Positions 10,173 to 19,398 of a DNA stretch of 64,000 nucleotides are shown piece after piece (the first letter of the stretch is position 1; every line of letters begins with the position of its first letter). A program made the translations under genes and the position numbers. This DNA is from a virus (Duplodnaviria; Heunggongvirae; Uroviricota; Caudoviricetes). The DNA lies in the IMG/VR virus record IMGVR_UViG_3300011338_000526; one strand, given 5' to 3'. The notes beneath the pieces are model-generated. The model was not told where the DNA came from. It ran no database searches and was given only the letters and a program-made list of their open reading frames with translations.

Positions 10173-10417
10173 ACATTATCAAGCCAACAGCAAACGTAGT
10201 CACTCTTACGACTTCAAATTCGATTTCAAACGCAGCTGTGGTGTTTATCTCAACAACAACTGCAGCTCAGATCAACCTGTATTCTAACTCGGGTACTCAA
10301 TATTCATCTTTTGTTCTTCCTGCAAACCAATACATCTACGTTCAGAAACAACTTCCTACCGACCTGCTGACCGCTAATGTAGCTGTGAGCGCAACGGTAG
10401 CGGGGTATAGAGGGTAA
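10169..10417 (+). CDS. Small hypothetical protein upstream of gp21
   Basis: Clean ORF coupled to both neighbours. Confidence 0.7.
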   Translation: MNIIKPTANVVTLTTSNSISNAAVVFISTTTAAQINLYSNSGTQYSSFVLPANQYIYVQKQLPTDLLTANVAVSATVAGYRG

Positions 10418-10418
10418 A

Positions 10419-11099
10419 ATGAAACTGATTTCAGAACTTCTCGTAGAGCAAGTCGAATACATCTCCGAAGCAAAGGAAGATGGATCGAAGGATCATTACA
10501 TTCACGGCATCTTCTTACAGGCTGAAACTCCTAACCGTAATGGTCGTATCTACCCGATTGGTATTATGGAGAACGCCGTAAACAAGTACATCGAGAGCAA
10601 TATCAAGCAAAAGAGAGCGTATGGCGAGCTAGGTCATCCAGCTGGTCCGCAGATCAACCTTGATCGTGTATCTCATATGATCACAGAACTCAAGCGTGAT
10701 GGTTCGAATTTTATTGGTAAGGCTAGACTTACAGATACTCCTATGGGCAATATTGCCAAGGGTCTGTTGAAGTCTGGTGCTAATCTGGGCGTTTCTTCTC
10801 GCGGTCTTGGTTCGCTTAAGCCAAACAAGCAAGGTATCATGGAAGTGCAGGATGACTTCCATCTTGCTACAGCAGCTGATATCGTTGCTGATCCTTCCGC
10901 ACCCAACGCTTTTGTTAAGGGTGTCATGGAAGGAGCTGAGTGGGTCTATGATGCAGCAACTGGTGATTGGTATCAAGAAAAGCTTCATGAGACCAAGAAG
11001 CAGATGAGAAGAATGTCTATGGATGAGATCGAAACCAATAAGTTCGGTATCTACGAGAGTTTTATCAAGTCTCTCTCGTCAAAACAAAACCTATTATAA
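10419..11099 (+). CDS. gp21: Prohead core protease
   Basis: NRNGRIYP, GELGHP, LDRVSH, GVSSRGLGS, DIVADPSAP. Confidence 0.97.
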   Translation: MKLISELLVEQVEYISEAKEDGSKDHYIHGIFLQAETPNRNGRIYPIGIMENAVNKYIESNIKQKRAYGELGHPAGPQINLDRVSHMITELKRDGSNFIGKARLTDTPMGNIAKGLLKSGANLGVSSRGLGSLKPNKQGIMEVQDDFHLATAADIVADPSAPNAFVKGVMEGAEWVYDAATGDWYQEKLHETKKQMRRMSMDEIETNKFGIYESFIKSLSSKQNLL

Positions 11100-11102
11100 A
11101 TA
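11095..11102 (+). promoter_or_regulatory. Late promoter TATAAATA
   Basis: Exact motif upstream of gp22. Confidence 0.8.
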
Positions 11103-11130
11103 AAAGAAACAATTGGAAGGGAGACCTTTA

Positions 11131-12693
11131 ATGTCAGAAGAGAATAACGAATTCGACCAGCTTGACGAAGGACGCACTACGAGCCTAAGATCTCAGATGC
11201 GTGGTAGTAAAGCTATGGCGGATTTTAAAGCTGCCCTCGCGGCGAAAGATAAAAAAGAGCCTGAACCCAAGAAGGTTGCAGCTAAAGAAGAAATTGATTA
11301 TGAAGATTATGAATTTCTCACGCAGGAAGAGTTTGAAGCTCTTTCTGAAGAAGAACAGCTAGATTTTGAATACGTTGAACTGGACGAACTCGATAAGAGC
11401 ACGCTAAAATCTTATGTTAATAAGGTTGCGAAAAGAGGCGAACTCGACAAGCGCGAAAAGGGCGTATACAGAGCGCAAAAAAGTATAGCGAAGCAAACTT
11501 CGTCTAAAACTCTAGACGCTAAGGTTAGAAAGTTAGGCAGCGTACGCGGATTGTCAAAAGACCCAGTCAAAAGCGGGGAATACGACACATCTAGATCAGA
11601 ATTGAAAAAAAGAGGCGTGCTTCACTTCGCCGGAAAACGCCACGGATCGGATCTGCGTCATCACGTGCAAGAAGATGAACAGGAAGATTATGTTTCTGAA
11701 GAGTCAATCGCAGCAGCAACGCTGAAGGCTGGTTCGCGTCCAGATGACAATCCTAAGTCAAAGATCGATTTCATGACCAAGACTCTTGGTGCCATGAACA
11801 GCATGAACAAGGGTGATCTTACGAAGTGGTATGATCAAGCCATGGCGCTGATTGGCAAGGAAGCTTCTGGTCTGCCAGCTGGCGCATCAGCTGATTCGAA
11901 TTCATCTTCGATCGACATGAAGGGCGGCAAGGGTCCAAAGACTCGCGATCCTATGCCAAAGATCAATGTCAAGGAAGATGTTGAAGAAATGTTCACCGGC
12001 GAAGAGCTGTCAGAAGAATTCAAGGACAAGGCTTCAACACTATTCGAAGCAGCAGTACATGCACGTGCTATTGTAGAAATTGCGCGTCTTGAAGAAGAAT
12101 ATGAAACTCGCCTCGAGGAAGAAGTAACTTCGATTCTCGAAGGCATTGAGTCAAACCTAGATACGTATCTCGATTATGTTGTGGAAAATTGGATGAAGGA
12201 AAACGAAGTAGCTATTGAATCTTCGCTCCGCAACGAAATTATGGAAGAATTCATTGGTGGTCTGAAGAACCTTTTCGCTGAGCATTACATTGAAATGCCA
12301 GAAGAGAAGATTGACGTTGTTGAAGAACTAGCAGCTAAGGTCGAAAGACTCGAAGCAACTCTGGACGAGACAATCAATGAAAACGCTGAGCTCAAGGAGA
12401 TCGTTCTCGAATCTCACAGACAAGAAGTTGTTGGTGAAATCGCTGAAGGTCTAACGATGTCTCAGTCAGAAAAGTTTCTTTCTCTAGCAGAAGGTGTCGA
12501 CTTTGATGGCGACCTGGATGTCTACAAGAGGAAGCTTTCTGTTGTGAAGGAAAGTTATTTCCCATCATCAAAGCCGCAGACTTCGTACATCGAAGAAGAG
12601 ACATTCGAGGGTGACGTTAGTGATAAGATCGTATCATATGACCCACAGGTCAACAGATACGTACAAGCGATCTCTAGAACAGTTAAGAAGTAA
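11131..12693 (+). CDS. gp22: Prohead core scaffold protein with long N-terminal extension
   Basis: LSEEFKDKASTLFEAAV, YLDYVVENWMKEN.VAIE, SESQKEK-like and KLSVVKESYF motifs; ATG 11131 with GGAG RBS. Confidence 0.93.
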   Translation: MSEENNEFDQLDEGRTTSLRSQMRGSKAMADFKAALAAKDKKEPEPKKVAAKEEIDYEDYEFLTQEEFEALSEEEQLDFEYVELDELDKSTLKSYVNKVAKRGELDKREKGVYRAQKSIAKQTSSKTLDAKVRKLGSVRGLSKDPVKSGEYDTSRSELKKRGVLHFAGKRHGSDLRHHVQEDEQEDYVSEESIAAATLKAGSRPDDNPKSKIDFMTKTLGAMNSMNKGDLTKWYDQAMALIGKEASGLPAGASADSNSSSIDMKGGKGPKTRDPMPKINVKEDVEEMFTGEELSEEFKDKASTLFEAAVHARAIVEIARLEEEYETRLEEEVTSILEGIESNLDTYLDYVVENWMKENEVAIESSLRNEIMEEFIGGLKNLFAEHYIEMPEEKIDVVEELAAKVERLEATLDETINENAELKEIVLESHRQEVVGEIAEGLTMSQSEKFLSLAEGVDFDGDLDVYKRKLSVVKESYFPSSKPQTSYIEEETFEGDVSDKIVSYDPQVNRYVQAISRTVKK

Positions 12694-12698
12694 TCTTT

Positions 12699-12706
12699 TA
12701 TAAATA
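12699..12706 (+). promoter_or_regulatory. Late promoter TATAAATA
   Basis: Exact motif upstream of gp23. Confidence 0.8.
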
Positions 12707-12736
12707 AAATCAAACCTACAGAAAGGGATAATACAA

Positions 12737-14149
12737 ATGTTTCTACAGGAAGAAATTCAAAAGAAGTGGGCTCCTATTCTTGAGCACGCTGATCTTTCTC
12801 CAATCAAGGACGCTCATCGTCGTTCGGTGACTGCTGTTGTTCTTGAGAACACAGAGCGTGCACTTCGCGAGTCTGCAAATCATGGTCAATACCAGACTCT
12901 GACTGAGACTGCATCAACTGGCGCATTCAACGCCATGGGCGGTTCTGGCTCCGGAGCCGGCAATGGTCCAATCGACACGTTCGACCCAGTACTGATTTCG
13001 CTGGTTCGCCGTTCTATGCCAAACCTGATCGCCTATGACATCTGCGGCACGCAGCCAATGACTGGTCCTACGGGTCTGATCTTCGCAATGCGTTCGCGTT
13101 ATGGTAACTCGGGGGCGCTGGGCACGACTGCAATTCAGGGTAACACAAGAGCTGGTAGCGAAACGTTCTACAACGAAGTTGACACAACGTTCTCGTCAGT
13201 TGTATCTGGCGCTAACACCTTTGGTCAGAAGTTCGTTGGCAACGTTCCGGGCATTGAGCTGGGCGGTACGACTGGAACGGGCGCAATCAATACCTACAAC
13301 ACAGGTACTGCTATGTCGACGGCTCAGGCTGAAGTGCTTGGCGCGGACGCTAACGCCGCTTTCAAGGAAATGGGCTTCTCAATCGAGAAGGTCACCGTGA
13401 CTGCTCGTTCGCGCGCTCTGAAGGCTGAGTACACGATGGAGCTGGCTCAGGATCTTAAGGCTATCCATGGTCTGGACGCCGAGACTGAACTTGCTAACAT
13501 TCTGTCGGCTGAAATCCTTGCCGAAATCAACCGCGAAGTTGTTCGTACGATCAATATCACTGCCGTTCCTGGCGCTCAAGACAACACAACAACTCAAGGC
13601 GTGTTCGACCTTGACACAGACTCAAACGGTCGTTGGTCAGTTGAAAAGTTCAAGGGTCTGATGTTCCAGCTGGAGCGCGAAGCCAATGCTATTGCGAGAC
13701 AGACTCGTCGCGGTAAGGGCAACATCGTTCTCTGCTCGTCCGATGTGGCTTCTGCTCTTCAAATGGCTGGTGTGCTTGACTACGCTCCTGCCCTTAACTC
13801 AAACAACCTACAAGTTGACGACACAGGCAACACATTTGCTGGTGTTCTGAACGGTCGTCTGAAGGTTTACATCGATCCGTATGCAATCGGCGGTAACTAT
13901 CTGACGGTTGGTTATAAGGGTTCTTCGGCATTCGATGCTGGTCTGTTCTACTGCCCATATGTTCCGCTGCAAATGGTTCGTGCAGTTGATCAGTCAACAT
14001 TCCAACCAAAGATTGGCTTCAAGACTCGTTATGGCATGGTTGCAAATCCATTCGCTCGTGGCATTGACGACGGCACCAACTACAATGGCGCGCTAGCACG
14101 TAACACGAATATCTACTACCGCCGCGTGATCGTAACGAATCTTATGTGA
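12737..14149 (+). CDS. gp23: Major capsid protein
   Basis: DPVLISLVRRSMPNLIAYDICG.QPMTGPTGLIFAMRS, SRALKAEYTMELAQDLKAIHGLDAE, FQPKIGFKTRYG. Confidence 0.98.
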   Translation: MFLQEEIQKKWAPILEHADLSPIKDAHRRSVTAVVLENTERALRESANHGQYQTLTETASTGAFNAMGGSGSGAGNGPIDTFDPVLISLVRRSMPNLIAYDICGTQPMTGPTGLIFAMRSRYGNSGALGTTAIQGNTRAGSETFYNEVDTTFSSVVSGANTFGQKFVGNVPGIELGGTTGTGAINTYNTGTAMSTAQAEVLGADANAAFKEMGFSIEKVTVTARSRALKAEYTMELAQDLKAIHGLDAETELANILSAEILAEINREVVRTINITAVPGAQDNTTTQGVFDLDTDSNGRWSVEKFKGLMFQLEREANAIARQTRRGKGNIVLCSSDVASALQMAGVLDYAPALNSNNLQVDDTGNTFAGVLNGRLKVYIDPYAIGGNYLTVGYKGSSAFDAGLFYCPYVPLQMVRAVDQSTFQPKIGFKTRYGMVANPFARGIDDGTNYNGALARNTNIYYRRVIVTNLM

Positions 14150-14186
14150 TTCGGTAAAAAGAAGCTGGGTCAACCAGCTCTACTGG

Positions 14187-14215
14187 GGGAGGGAAGAAAT
14201 TCCCTCCCTTTTTTT
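14187..14215 (+). terminator. Rho-independent terminator after gp23
   Basis: GGGAGGGAA-GAAA-TTCCCTCCC followed by T7. Confidence 0.9.
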
Positions 14216-14218
14216 GTC

Positions 14219-14226
14219 TATAAATA
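14219..14226 (+). promoter_or_regulatory. Late promoter TATAAATA
   Basis: Exact motif. Confidence 0.8.
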
Positions 14227-14246
14227 GGGAGAGGAGAAGCTAATCT

Positions 14247-14477
14247 ATGCTGCAATTCAAGAAATTCATAGAAGAATCTAAAAAGAAATTTCCTGAGATT
14301 TCTCGCGACGAATACAAAAGACTCCTAGATTCGGGGCACGTAATAAAACCAGCTGGTCTTTATGAACCGGAACACGCCCCAAAAGGAACCAAATTTGCTC
14401 ATGCAAAACTTTCACCGAACATCACTAGATTCGTAAGAATACATCCACCTGATAAAAAAGCGGAAATAAAAAAATGA
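14247..14477 (+). CDS. Putative internal head protein (capsid-targeting-like N-terminus)
   Basis: MLQFKKFIEE resembles the T4 internal-protein CTS; late promoter and GGAG RBS. Confidence 0.55.
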   Translation: MLQFKKFIEESKKKFPEISRDEYKRLLDSGHVIKPAGLYEPEHAPKGTKFAHAKLSPNITRFVRIHPPDKKAEIKK

Positions 14478-14986
14478 ATACTAATAATTCGATGAACTTT
14501 CTCAGTCCGCTTAACTTCAAATTCATCATGAAGAGAGCGCCGCATGTGAATTTCTTCATTCAGAAGATCACAATTCCTTCTATCTCCGTACCACCAGCCG
14601 TCACATCAAATCCTTTCCTTGCTATACCTTATTCTGGCGATCATCTAGAATTTAGCGATCTTGATATCAGTTTCAGAGTTGACGAAAATCTGCAGAACTA
14701 CTTGGAGATTCAAAACTGGTTGAGAGCGACTGGTAAACAAAGCTTTGAGAAATATGGCGCAATGGCTAGAAATCCAGCCATCTCGGGCGAGTCACTCAAG
14801 TCGGAAATCAGTCTTACGGTGTTGTCCAGCGCAAAGAGACCCAACTATGAGATCATCTTCGAAGATGCTTTCCCTATCAGCATCTCGGGGCTTACGTTCA
14901 ATACATCCGATGAAAACATCGAATATCTTGAAGCCGACGCATCTTTTCGTTACACAAAGTACGAGATAAACAAAATTAACGCTTGA
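14474..14986 (+). CDS. gp3: Tail tube terminator/completion protein
   Basis: NFLSPLNFKF, F.VDENL.NYLEI.NWL, FEDAFP.S.SGL.F; gp23-gp3-uvsY synteny. Confidence 0.88.
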   Translation: MNTNNSMNFLSPLNFKFIMKRAPHVNFFIQKITIPSISVPPAVTSNPFLAIPYSGDHLEFSDLDISFRVDENLQNYLEIQNWLRATGKQSFEKYGAMARNPAISGESLKSEISLTVLSSAKRPNYEIIFEDAFPISISGLTFNTSDENIEYLEADASFRYTKYEINKINA

Positions 14987-15011
14987 CTTTCTCAGCTTTT
15001 GATAGTATGAT
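14983..15011 (+). promoter_or_regulatory. Sigma70-like promoter
   Basis: TTGACT-N17-TATGAT upstream of uvsY. Confidence 0.7.
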
Positions 15012-15035
15012 GTAATATTATCTAGAGGTGAGAAT

Positions 15036-15470
15036 ATGAAATTCGAAGACATTTTTGCGGTTTGGGAAAAAGACAGCACCATCGACCGGACTGAATTGGC
15101 AGACGAGAGTCTCAAGATTCCCAAACTTCACCATAAGTACTATACCATCTTTGTAGCCGAAAAAGCGGCACTCAGAAAGCTTGAAGCTGATATGAAAAAG
15201 CTTAAGCTCGACAAGCATGAGTTCTTTACACTTGGTCCGAATGAAGAGACTAAAGACAAAGGCTGGCGTCTGCCTGCACGTGGGATGATTTTGAAGGCTG
15301 ATCTTCCGCTGTATATGGAAGGCGATCAAGACATCATCGACCTCTCCCTGAAAATTGGTATGCAGCAAGAGAAGGTCGAGTTCCTCGAATCGATTCTCAA
15401 AACGTTTCAGACTAGAGGCTACATCATCAAGAACGCAATTGATTTCGTCAAGTTTTCTATGGGGGTTTGA
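15036..15470 (+). CDS. uvsY: Recombination mediator UvsY
   Basis: DSTIDRTEL..ES.KIPKLHHKY; TRGY.IKNAIDF; adjacent to uvsW. Confidence 0.9.
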   Translation: MKFEDIFAVWEKDSTIDRTELADESLKIPKLHHKYYTIFVAEKAALRKLEADMKKLKLDKHEFFTLGPNEETKDKGWRLPARGMILKADLPLYMEGDQDIIDLSLKIGMQQEKVEFLESILKTFQTRGYIIKNAIDFVKFSMGV

Positions 15471-15480
15471 TAGCGTTTTT

Positions 15481-15488
15481 TATAAATA
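15481..15488 (+). promoter_or_regulatory. Late promoter TATAAATA
   Basis: Exact motif before the endonuclease. Confidence 0.75.
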
Positions 15489-15507
15489 GATCAAAGGAGA
15501 AACACCT

Positions 15508-16134
15508 ATGGTCTATCACATATTCTACAAAACCACGAATAACGTCAACGGCAAATTTTATTACGGCGTGCACTCGACGAACAAACTCGAAGACGGTTAC
15601 ATTGGTTCTGGAAAACTTTTAATGAGAGCCGTGAAGAAATACGGTAAAGAAAACTTCAAACGTGAAGTACTCGCCGTGTTCGACACCAAAGAAGAAGCTT
15701 TTCTAATAGAAAAAACCGTCGTGACTAAAGAGCTCGTGAACGATGGAGATTGCTACAACGTTAAGATTGGAGGTCAATCGGGTCATTCGACTTTCAAAAC
15801 TGCAGTGTCACGTGTCGAGAATAGCGTTAAAGAAAAGTACGTAACGCAAAAAAAGAAGGCGGGCGATAGGTCGGAAGCGCAAAAGTTGTCCGCGGAGCGT
15901 CACTCTATCAGACAAAAAGGCTTGACTCCGCACAACAAAAAAGAAATTATTTTGTTCGGAGTTAGCTATAGTTCCGTGACTCAGGCGATTAAAGAACAAG
16001 GCTTATCTACGAGCCACTACTACTTTATGAAAAAAAGCGACTTACAATTTGACACAGCGGAACAGCTAAAAGAGTACACTTGGAAATTGAGAAATTCCCG
16101 AATAAAAAATACAAGATGGGGCATGGGTGGATAA
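15508..16134 (+). CDS. GIY-YIG homing endonuclease
   Basis: IFYKTTNNVNGKFYYGVHST...GYIGSG...KYGKENF.RE; YNVKIGG. Confidence 0.85.
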   Translation: MVYHIFYKTTNNVNGKFYYGVHSTNKLEDGYIGSGKLLMRAVKKYGKENFKREVLAVFDTKEEAFLIEKTVVTKELVNDGDCYNVKIGGQSGHSTFKTAVSRVENSVKEKYVTQKKKAGDRSEAQKLSAERHSIRQKGLTPHNKKEIILFGVSYSSVTQAIKEQGLSTSHYYFMKKSDLQFDTAEQLKEYTWKLRNSRIKNTRWGMGG

Positions 16135-17579
16135 TGAGCGAAACAATAAGAGTTGTATATCATGACGAAGTGTATAACAAAATCATTTGCGACGCCGGAT
16201 TGGCGATGGAAATATCTGATCACTTTACGTTCGAAGTTCCGGGCGCCAAATTCATGCCCGCTTACAGAAACAAACTTTGGGACGGCAAGGTGAAATTGTT
16301 CAATCCCCTTACCAGTCTGCTATACAGCGGATTGATTCATCACCTTGAACAATTTTGTAAGAGTAGAGAATACGAATTAGAGCTAGACGGTCCATTTGCT
16401 GATACAGAGTTTTCGCTGATCGAAGCAAAGAAGTTCATAGAGAAACTTGGACCAAAGCACGAGCCTAGAGACTATCAAATTGAAGCTTTTGTTCATGCAG
16501 TTCGCAAACGCAGGTCAGTCCTCCTTTCGCCGACGGGTTCTGGTAAGTCATTCATCATTTACATGCTTGCTTGCTGGTATCGTTCTAAGACTCTGGTGAT
16601 TGTTCCAACTACATCGCTCGTCCATCAGATGGCTTCTGACTTTGAGGACTACGGTTTGCCGCCAGGAATGACTCATAAGATCATGTCCGGCGAAGAGAAA
16701 GAATCGAACAAACCATTCGTCATTTCCACTTGGCAATCTATCTACAAGATGCCGAAGAAATGGTTCGATCAGTTCGACGTTGTGATTGGGGACGAGGCGC
16801 ACTTATTCAAGGCTAAATCTTTGAGTACGATCATGGGTAAGCTCACTGATTGCAAATATCGGTTCGGCTTCACGGGAACGTTGGACGGCACTCAAACACA
16901 CAAGCTTGTGCTTGAAGGTTTGTTCGGTTCTGTTCGTAAAATTATTACAACGTCAAAGCTCATAGAGCAAAAACATCTAGCTGACTTCAAGATCAAAGCG
17001 ATCGTTCTTAAGTATCCTGATGATATCAAAAAGCTCATGGCTGGCTCTGACTACCAAACAGAGATTGATTTCATCGTCAGGAATGACGCGAGGAATCGGT
17101 TCATTAAGAACCTCGCCTTGTCATTGAAGGGTAACACTCTACTTCTCTTTCAGTTTGTTGAGAAGCATGGTAAGGTGCTACACGACCTGATATCAAAGGA
17201 AGCTGTAGAGCGCAAGGTCTTTTTTATCTCCGGCGCAGTTGACGGAGAGAAGCGAGAAGAGATTAGAAAGATTATTGAGACTGAAACTGACGCAATCATA
17301 GTTGCTAGTTTCGGAACGAGCAGTACAGGTATCAATATTCGCAACCTACATAATGTTGTGTTCGCTAGTCCGTCGAAGTCGAGAGTGAGGAACCTTCAGT
17401 CGATCGGTAGAGGTCTTCGAACCTCTGATTCTAAATCAGAAGCCACTCTGTATGATATTGCCGACGACCTGACTTGGAAGTCAAAGAAGAATCACACGAT
17501 CCTTCACTTCGTCGAACGAATCAAGATCTACAGCGAGGAGAAGTTTCCTTATCGCACTTACGCCGTAGAATTACAATAG
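16134..17579 (+). CDS. uvsW: RNA-DNA/DNA helicase UvsW
   Basis: SPTGSGKS, GDEAH, GFTGTL, LQSIGRGLR; ATG overlaps the endonuclease stop. Confidence 0.96.
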   Translation: MSETIRVVYHDEVYNKIICDAGLAMEISDHFTFEVPGAKFMPAYRNKLWDGKVKLFNPLTSLLYSGLIHHLEQFCKSREYELELDGPFADTEFSLIEAKKFIEKLGPKHEPRDYQIEAFVHAVRKRRSVLLSPTGSGKSFIIYMLACWYRSKTLVIVPTTSLVHQMASDFEDYGLPPGMTHKIMSGEEKESNKPFVISTWQSIYKMPKKWFDQFDVVIGDEAHLFKAKSLSTIMGKLTDCKYRFGFTGTLDGTQTHKLVLEGLFGSVRKIITTSKLIEQKHLADFKIKAIVLKYPDDIKKLMAGSDYQTEIDFIVRNDARNRFIKNLALSLKGNTLLLFQFVEKHGKVLHDLISKEAVERKVFFISGAVDGEKREEIRKIIETETDAIIVASFGTSSTGINIRNLHNVVFASPSKSRVRNLQSIGRGLRTSDSKSEATLYDIADDLTWKSKKNHTILHFVERIKIYSEEKFPYRTYAVELQ

Positions 17580-17635
17580 TTCATATCATCATCACACTAG
17601 TGATTATACCTACTTTTATGGAGAAGTCAAGCGAA

Positions 17636-18208
17636 ATGACAAAGAAAGCCAAACGCCACTACGTCAATAACAAAGATTTCTACGACGCGCTGGTCGATTA
17701 TAAAAACAAGATGTCGGAAACCCCCAACGCGAAAGTTCCTAATTACATTGGGCAGTGCATTATGGCGATCTGCACCAAGTTGTCGACTAAACCAAACTTC
17801 AGCGGTTACTCATACAGAGAAGAGATGATCGCTGATGGAATTGAAAATTGTATTGCTTCTGTAAACGGTTTTGATCCTAACAAATCTTCTAATCCGTTCG
17901 CTTACTTCACACAGATTGCCTGGAACGCTTTTATCAGAAGAATTACAAAAGAGAAAAAGCAGCAGTACATAAAGCATAAGAACATGGTCAACAGCGCGTT
18001 GGCAACCGAACTCGAACAATCATCTTTTGTTTCGTCTGGCGGGACTGCTTCTCAATACAACGAGATGACGAACGAAATCATCGATAACTTCGAAAAAAGG
18101 TTGACTAAAACGAAAAAGGCTAGTATAGTAGGTCTTGAGAAATTCGTTGAATACGAAAAGGAATTGGTAAATGAATCAGAAACATTTAGTGCCGCAAGCA
18201 GTCATTGA
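17636..18208 (+). CDS. gp55: Late-transcription sigma factor
   Basis: HYVNNK.F, YSYREEMI.DGIENC, NPFAYFTQI.WNAF.RRI.KEKKQ. Confidence 0.95.
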   Translation: MTKKAKRHYVNNKDFYDALVDYKNKMSETPNAKVPNYIGQCIMAICTKLSTKPNFSGYSYREEMIADGIENCIASVNGFDPNKSSNPFAYFTQIAWNAFIRRITKEKKQQYIKHKNMVNSALATELEQSSFVSSGGTASQYNEMTNEIIDNFEKRLTKTKKASIVGLEKFVEYEKELVNESETFSAASSH

Positions 18209-18338
18209 CTGCGCCGAGAAGATGCTTGATGAACACACGAATCAACACGTGAAGGATAACTTTCGTCAAAGGCTTGAAGCGATCAAACAATTCTGCGAGC
18301 TCGCTTTAGAACAAAAAAATTCGAAGAAGCGTCGCTGA
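18171..18338 (+). CDS. Small hypothetical protein between gp55 and gp47
   Basis: Manual ORF MNQKHLVPQAVIDCAE...FRQRLEAIKQFC, 55 aa; AAGGA RBS; TGATG overlap with gp47. Confidence 0.65.
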   Translation: MNQKHLVPQAVIDCAEKMLDEHTNQHVKDNFRQRLEAIKQFCELALEQKNSKKRR

Positions 18339-19396
18339 TGCAAATTGCAATCATTAGTGACACGCATTGGGGAGTTCGTAACGACAGCGTCAGCTTTCTG
18401 GACGTGACGAAGCGATTCCTCGATGATGTGTTCTTTCCCGAGATAGAAAAGCGAGGGATCACAGACATCGTTCACCTGGGCGACCTAGTAGATCGCCGCA
18501 AGCACATCAACTTTCAAACAGCTGCTCGACTGCGCCAAGACTTCCTAGATCCGATCAAACAGAAGCACCTGCAGCTGCACATGATTCTCGGCAATCATGA
18601 TGTATATTATAAGAACACAAACTCAGTCAATGCAATCAAAGAGTTGTGCGACGATTCCGTTATGTGTTATGAAGACGCAGAAGAGGTGTTGTTACACAAC
18701 ACCCCAGTTCTTTTCGTACCTTGGATCTGTAATGAAAACAAACTTCATACCATGCAAACGATTGACCGTTCTCGTTCTTCTATTTGCATGGGTCATCTAG
18801 AGATTCAAGGTTTTGAAATGTTTAGAGGGAGTGTTTGTTCTCATGGCGAAGATCGTAAGTTATTTGACAGATTTGATCTTGTCTTATCTGGACATTTTCA
18901 TCATCGTTCTACTGATGGCAGCGTTGTGTACGTTGGCTCTCATGGTCAGTTTACTTGGTCTGATTATGGCGACGATCGTGGGTTTCATATACTGGATCTT
19001 GTCACTAAAGACTTGACTTTTGTGCAAAACCCATATATAATGTTCACTAAAGCTTGGTATGATGATTTCGATAAGACCATGGAACAAGTCATGGATTATG
19101 ATTTCTCGCAACACAAGGGTTCCTACGTGAAGCTTGTTGTGACGAATAAAACCAATCCTTTTTGGTTTGACCGGTTCTGCGAACAACTTGAGAAGGTCGG
19201 CGTGTTGAATTTGCAAGTCGTTGATGATCATCTAAATCTGAATCTAGAAAAAGACGGCGACATTGTCAATGAAGCGGAAAGCACTCTAGACATTTTCAAG
19301 AAGCACATCAGCCTAGTCAACACGCCAAATTTGAATAAGGAGAAGTTACAACTCGTGATTACAGATTTGTATAATCAAGCGTTGGCTGTCGAATAA
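18338..19396 (+). CDS. gp47: Recombination endonuclease subunit (Mre11-like)
   Basis: ISDTHWG, HLGD.VD.R, GNHD, GHLE, SGHFH. Confidence 0.96.
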   Translation: MQIAIISDTHWGVRNDSVSFLDVTKRFLDDVFFPEIEKRGITDIVHLGDLVDRRKHINFQTAARLRQDFLDPIKQKHLQLHMILGNHDVYYKNTNSVNAIKELCDDSVMCYEDAEEVLLHNTPVLFVPWICNENKLHTMQTIDRSRSSICMGHLEIQGFEMFRGSVCSHGEDRKLFDRFDLVLSGHFHHRSTDGSVVYVGSHGQFTWSDYGDDRGFHILDLVTKDLTFVQNPYIMFTKAWYDDFDKTMEQVMDYDFSQHKGSYVKLVVTNKTNPFWFDRFCEQLEKVGVLNLQVVDDHLNLNLEKDGDIVNEAESTLDIFKKHISLVNTPNLNKEKLQLVITDLYNQALAVE

Positions 19397-19398
19397 GC

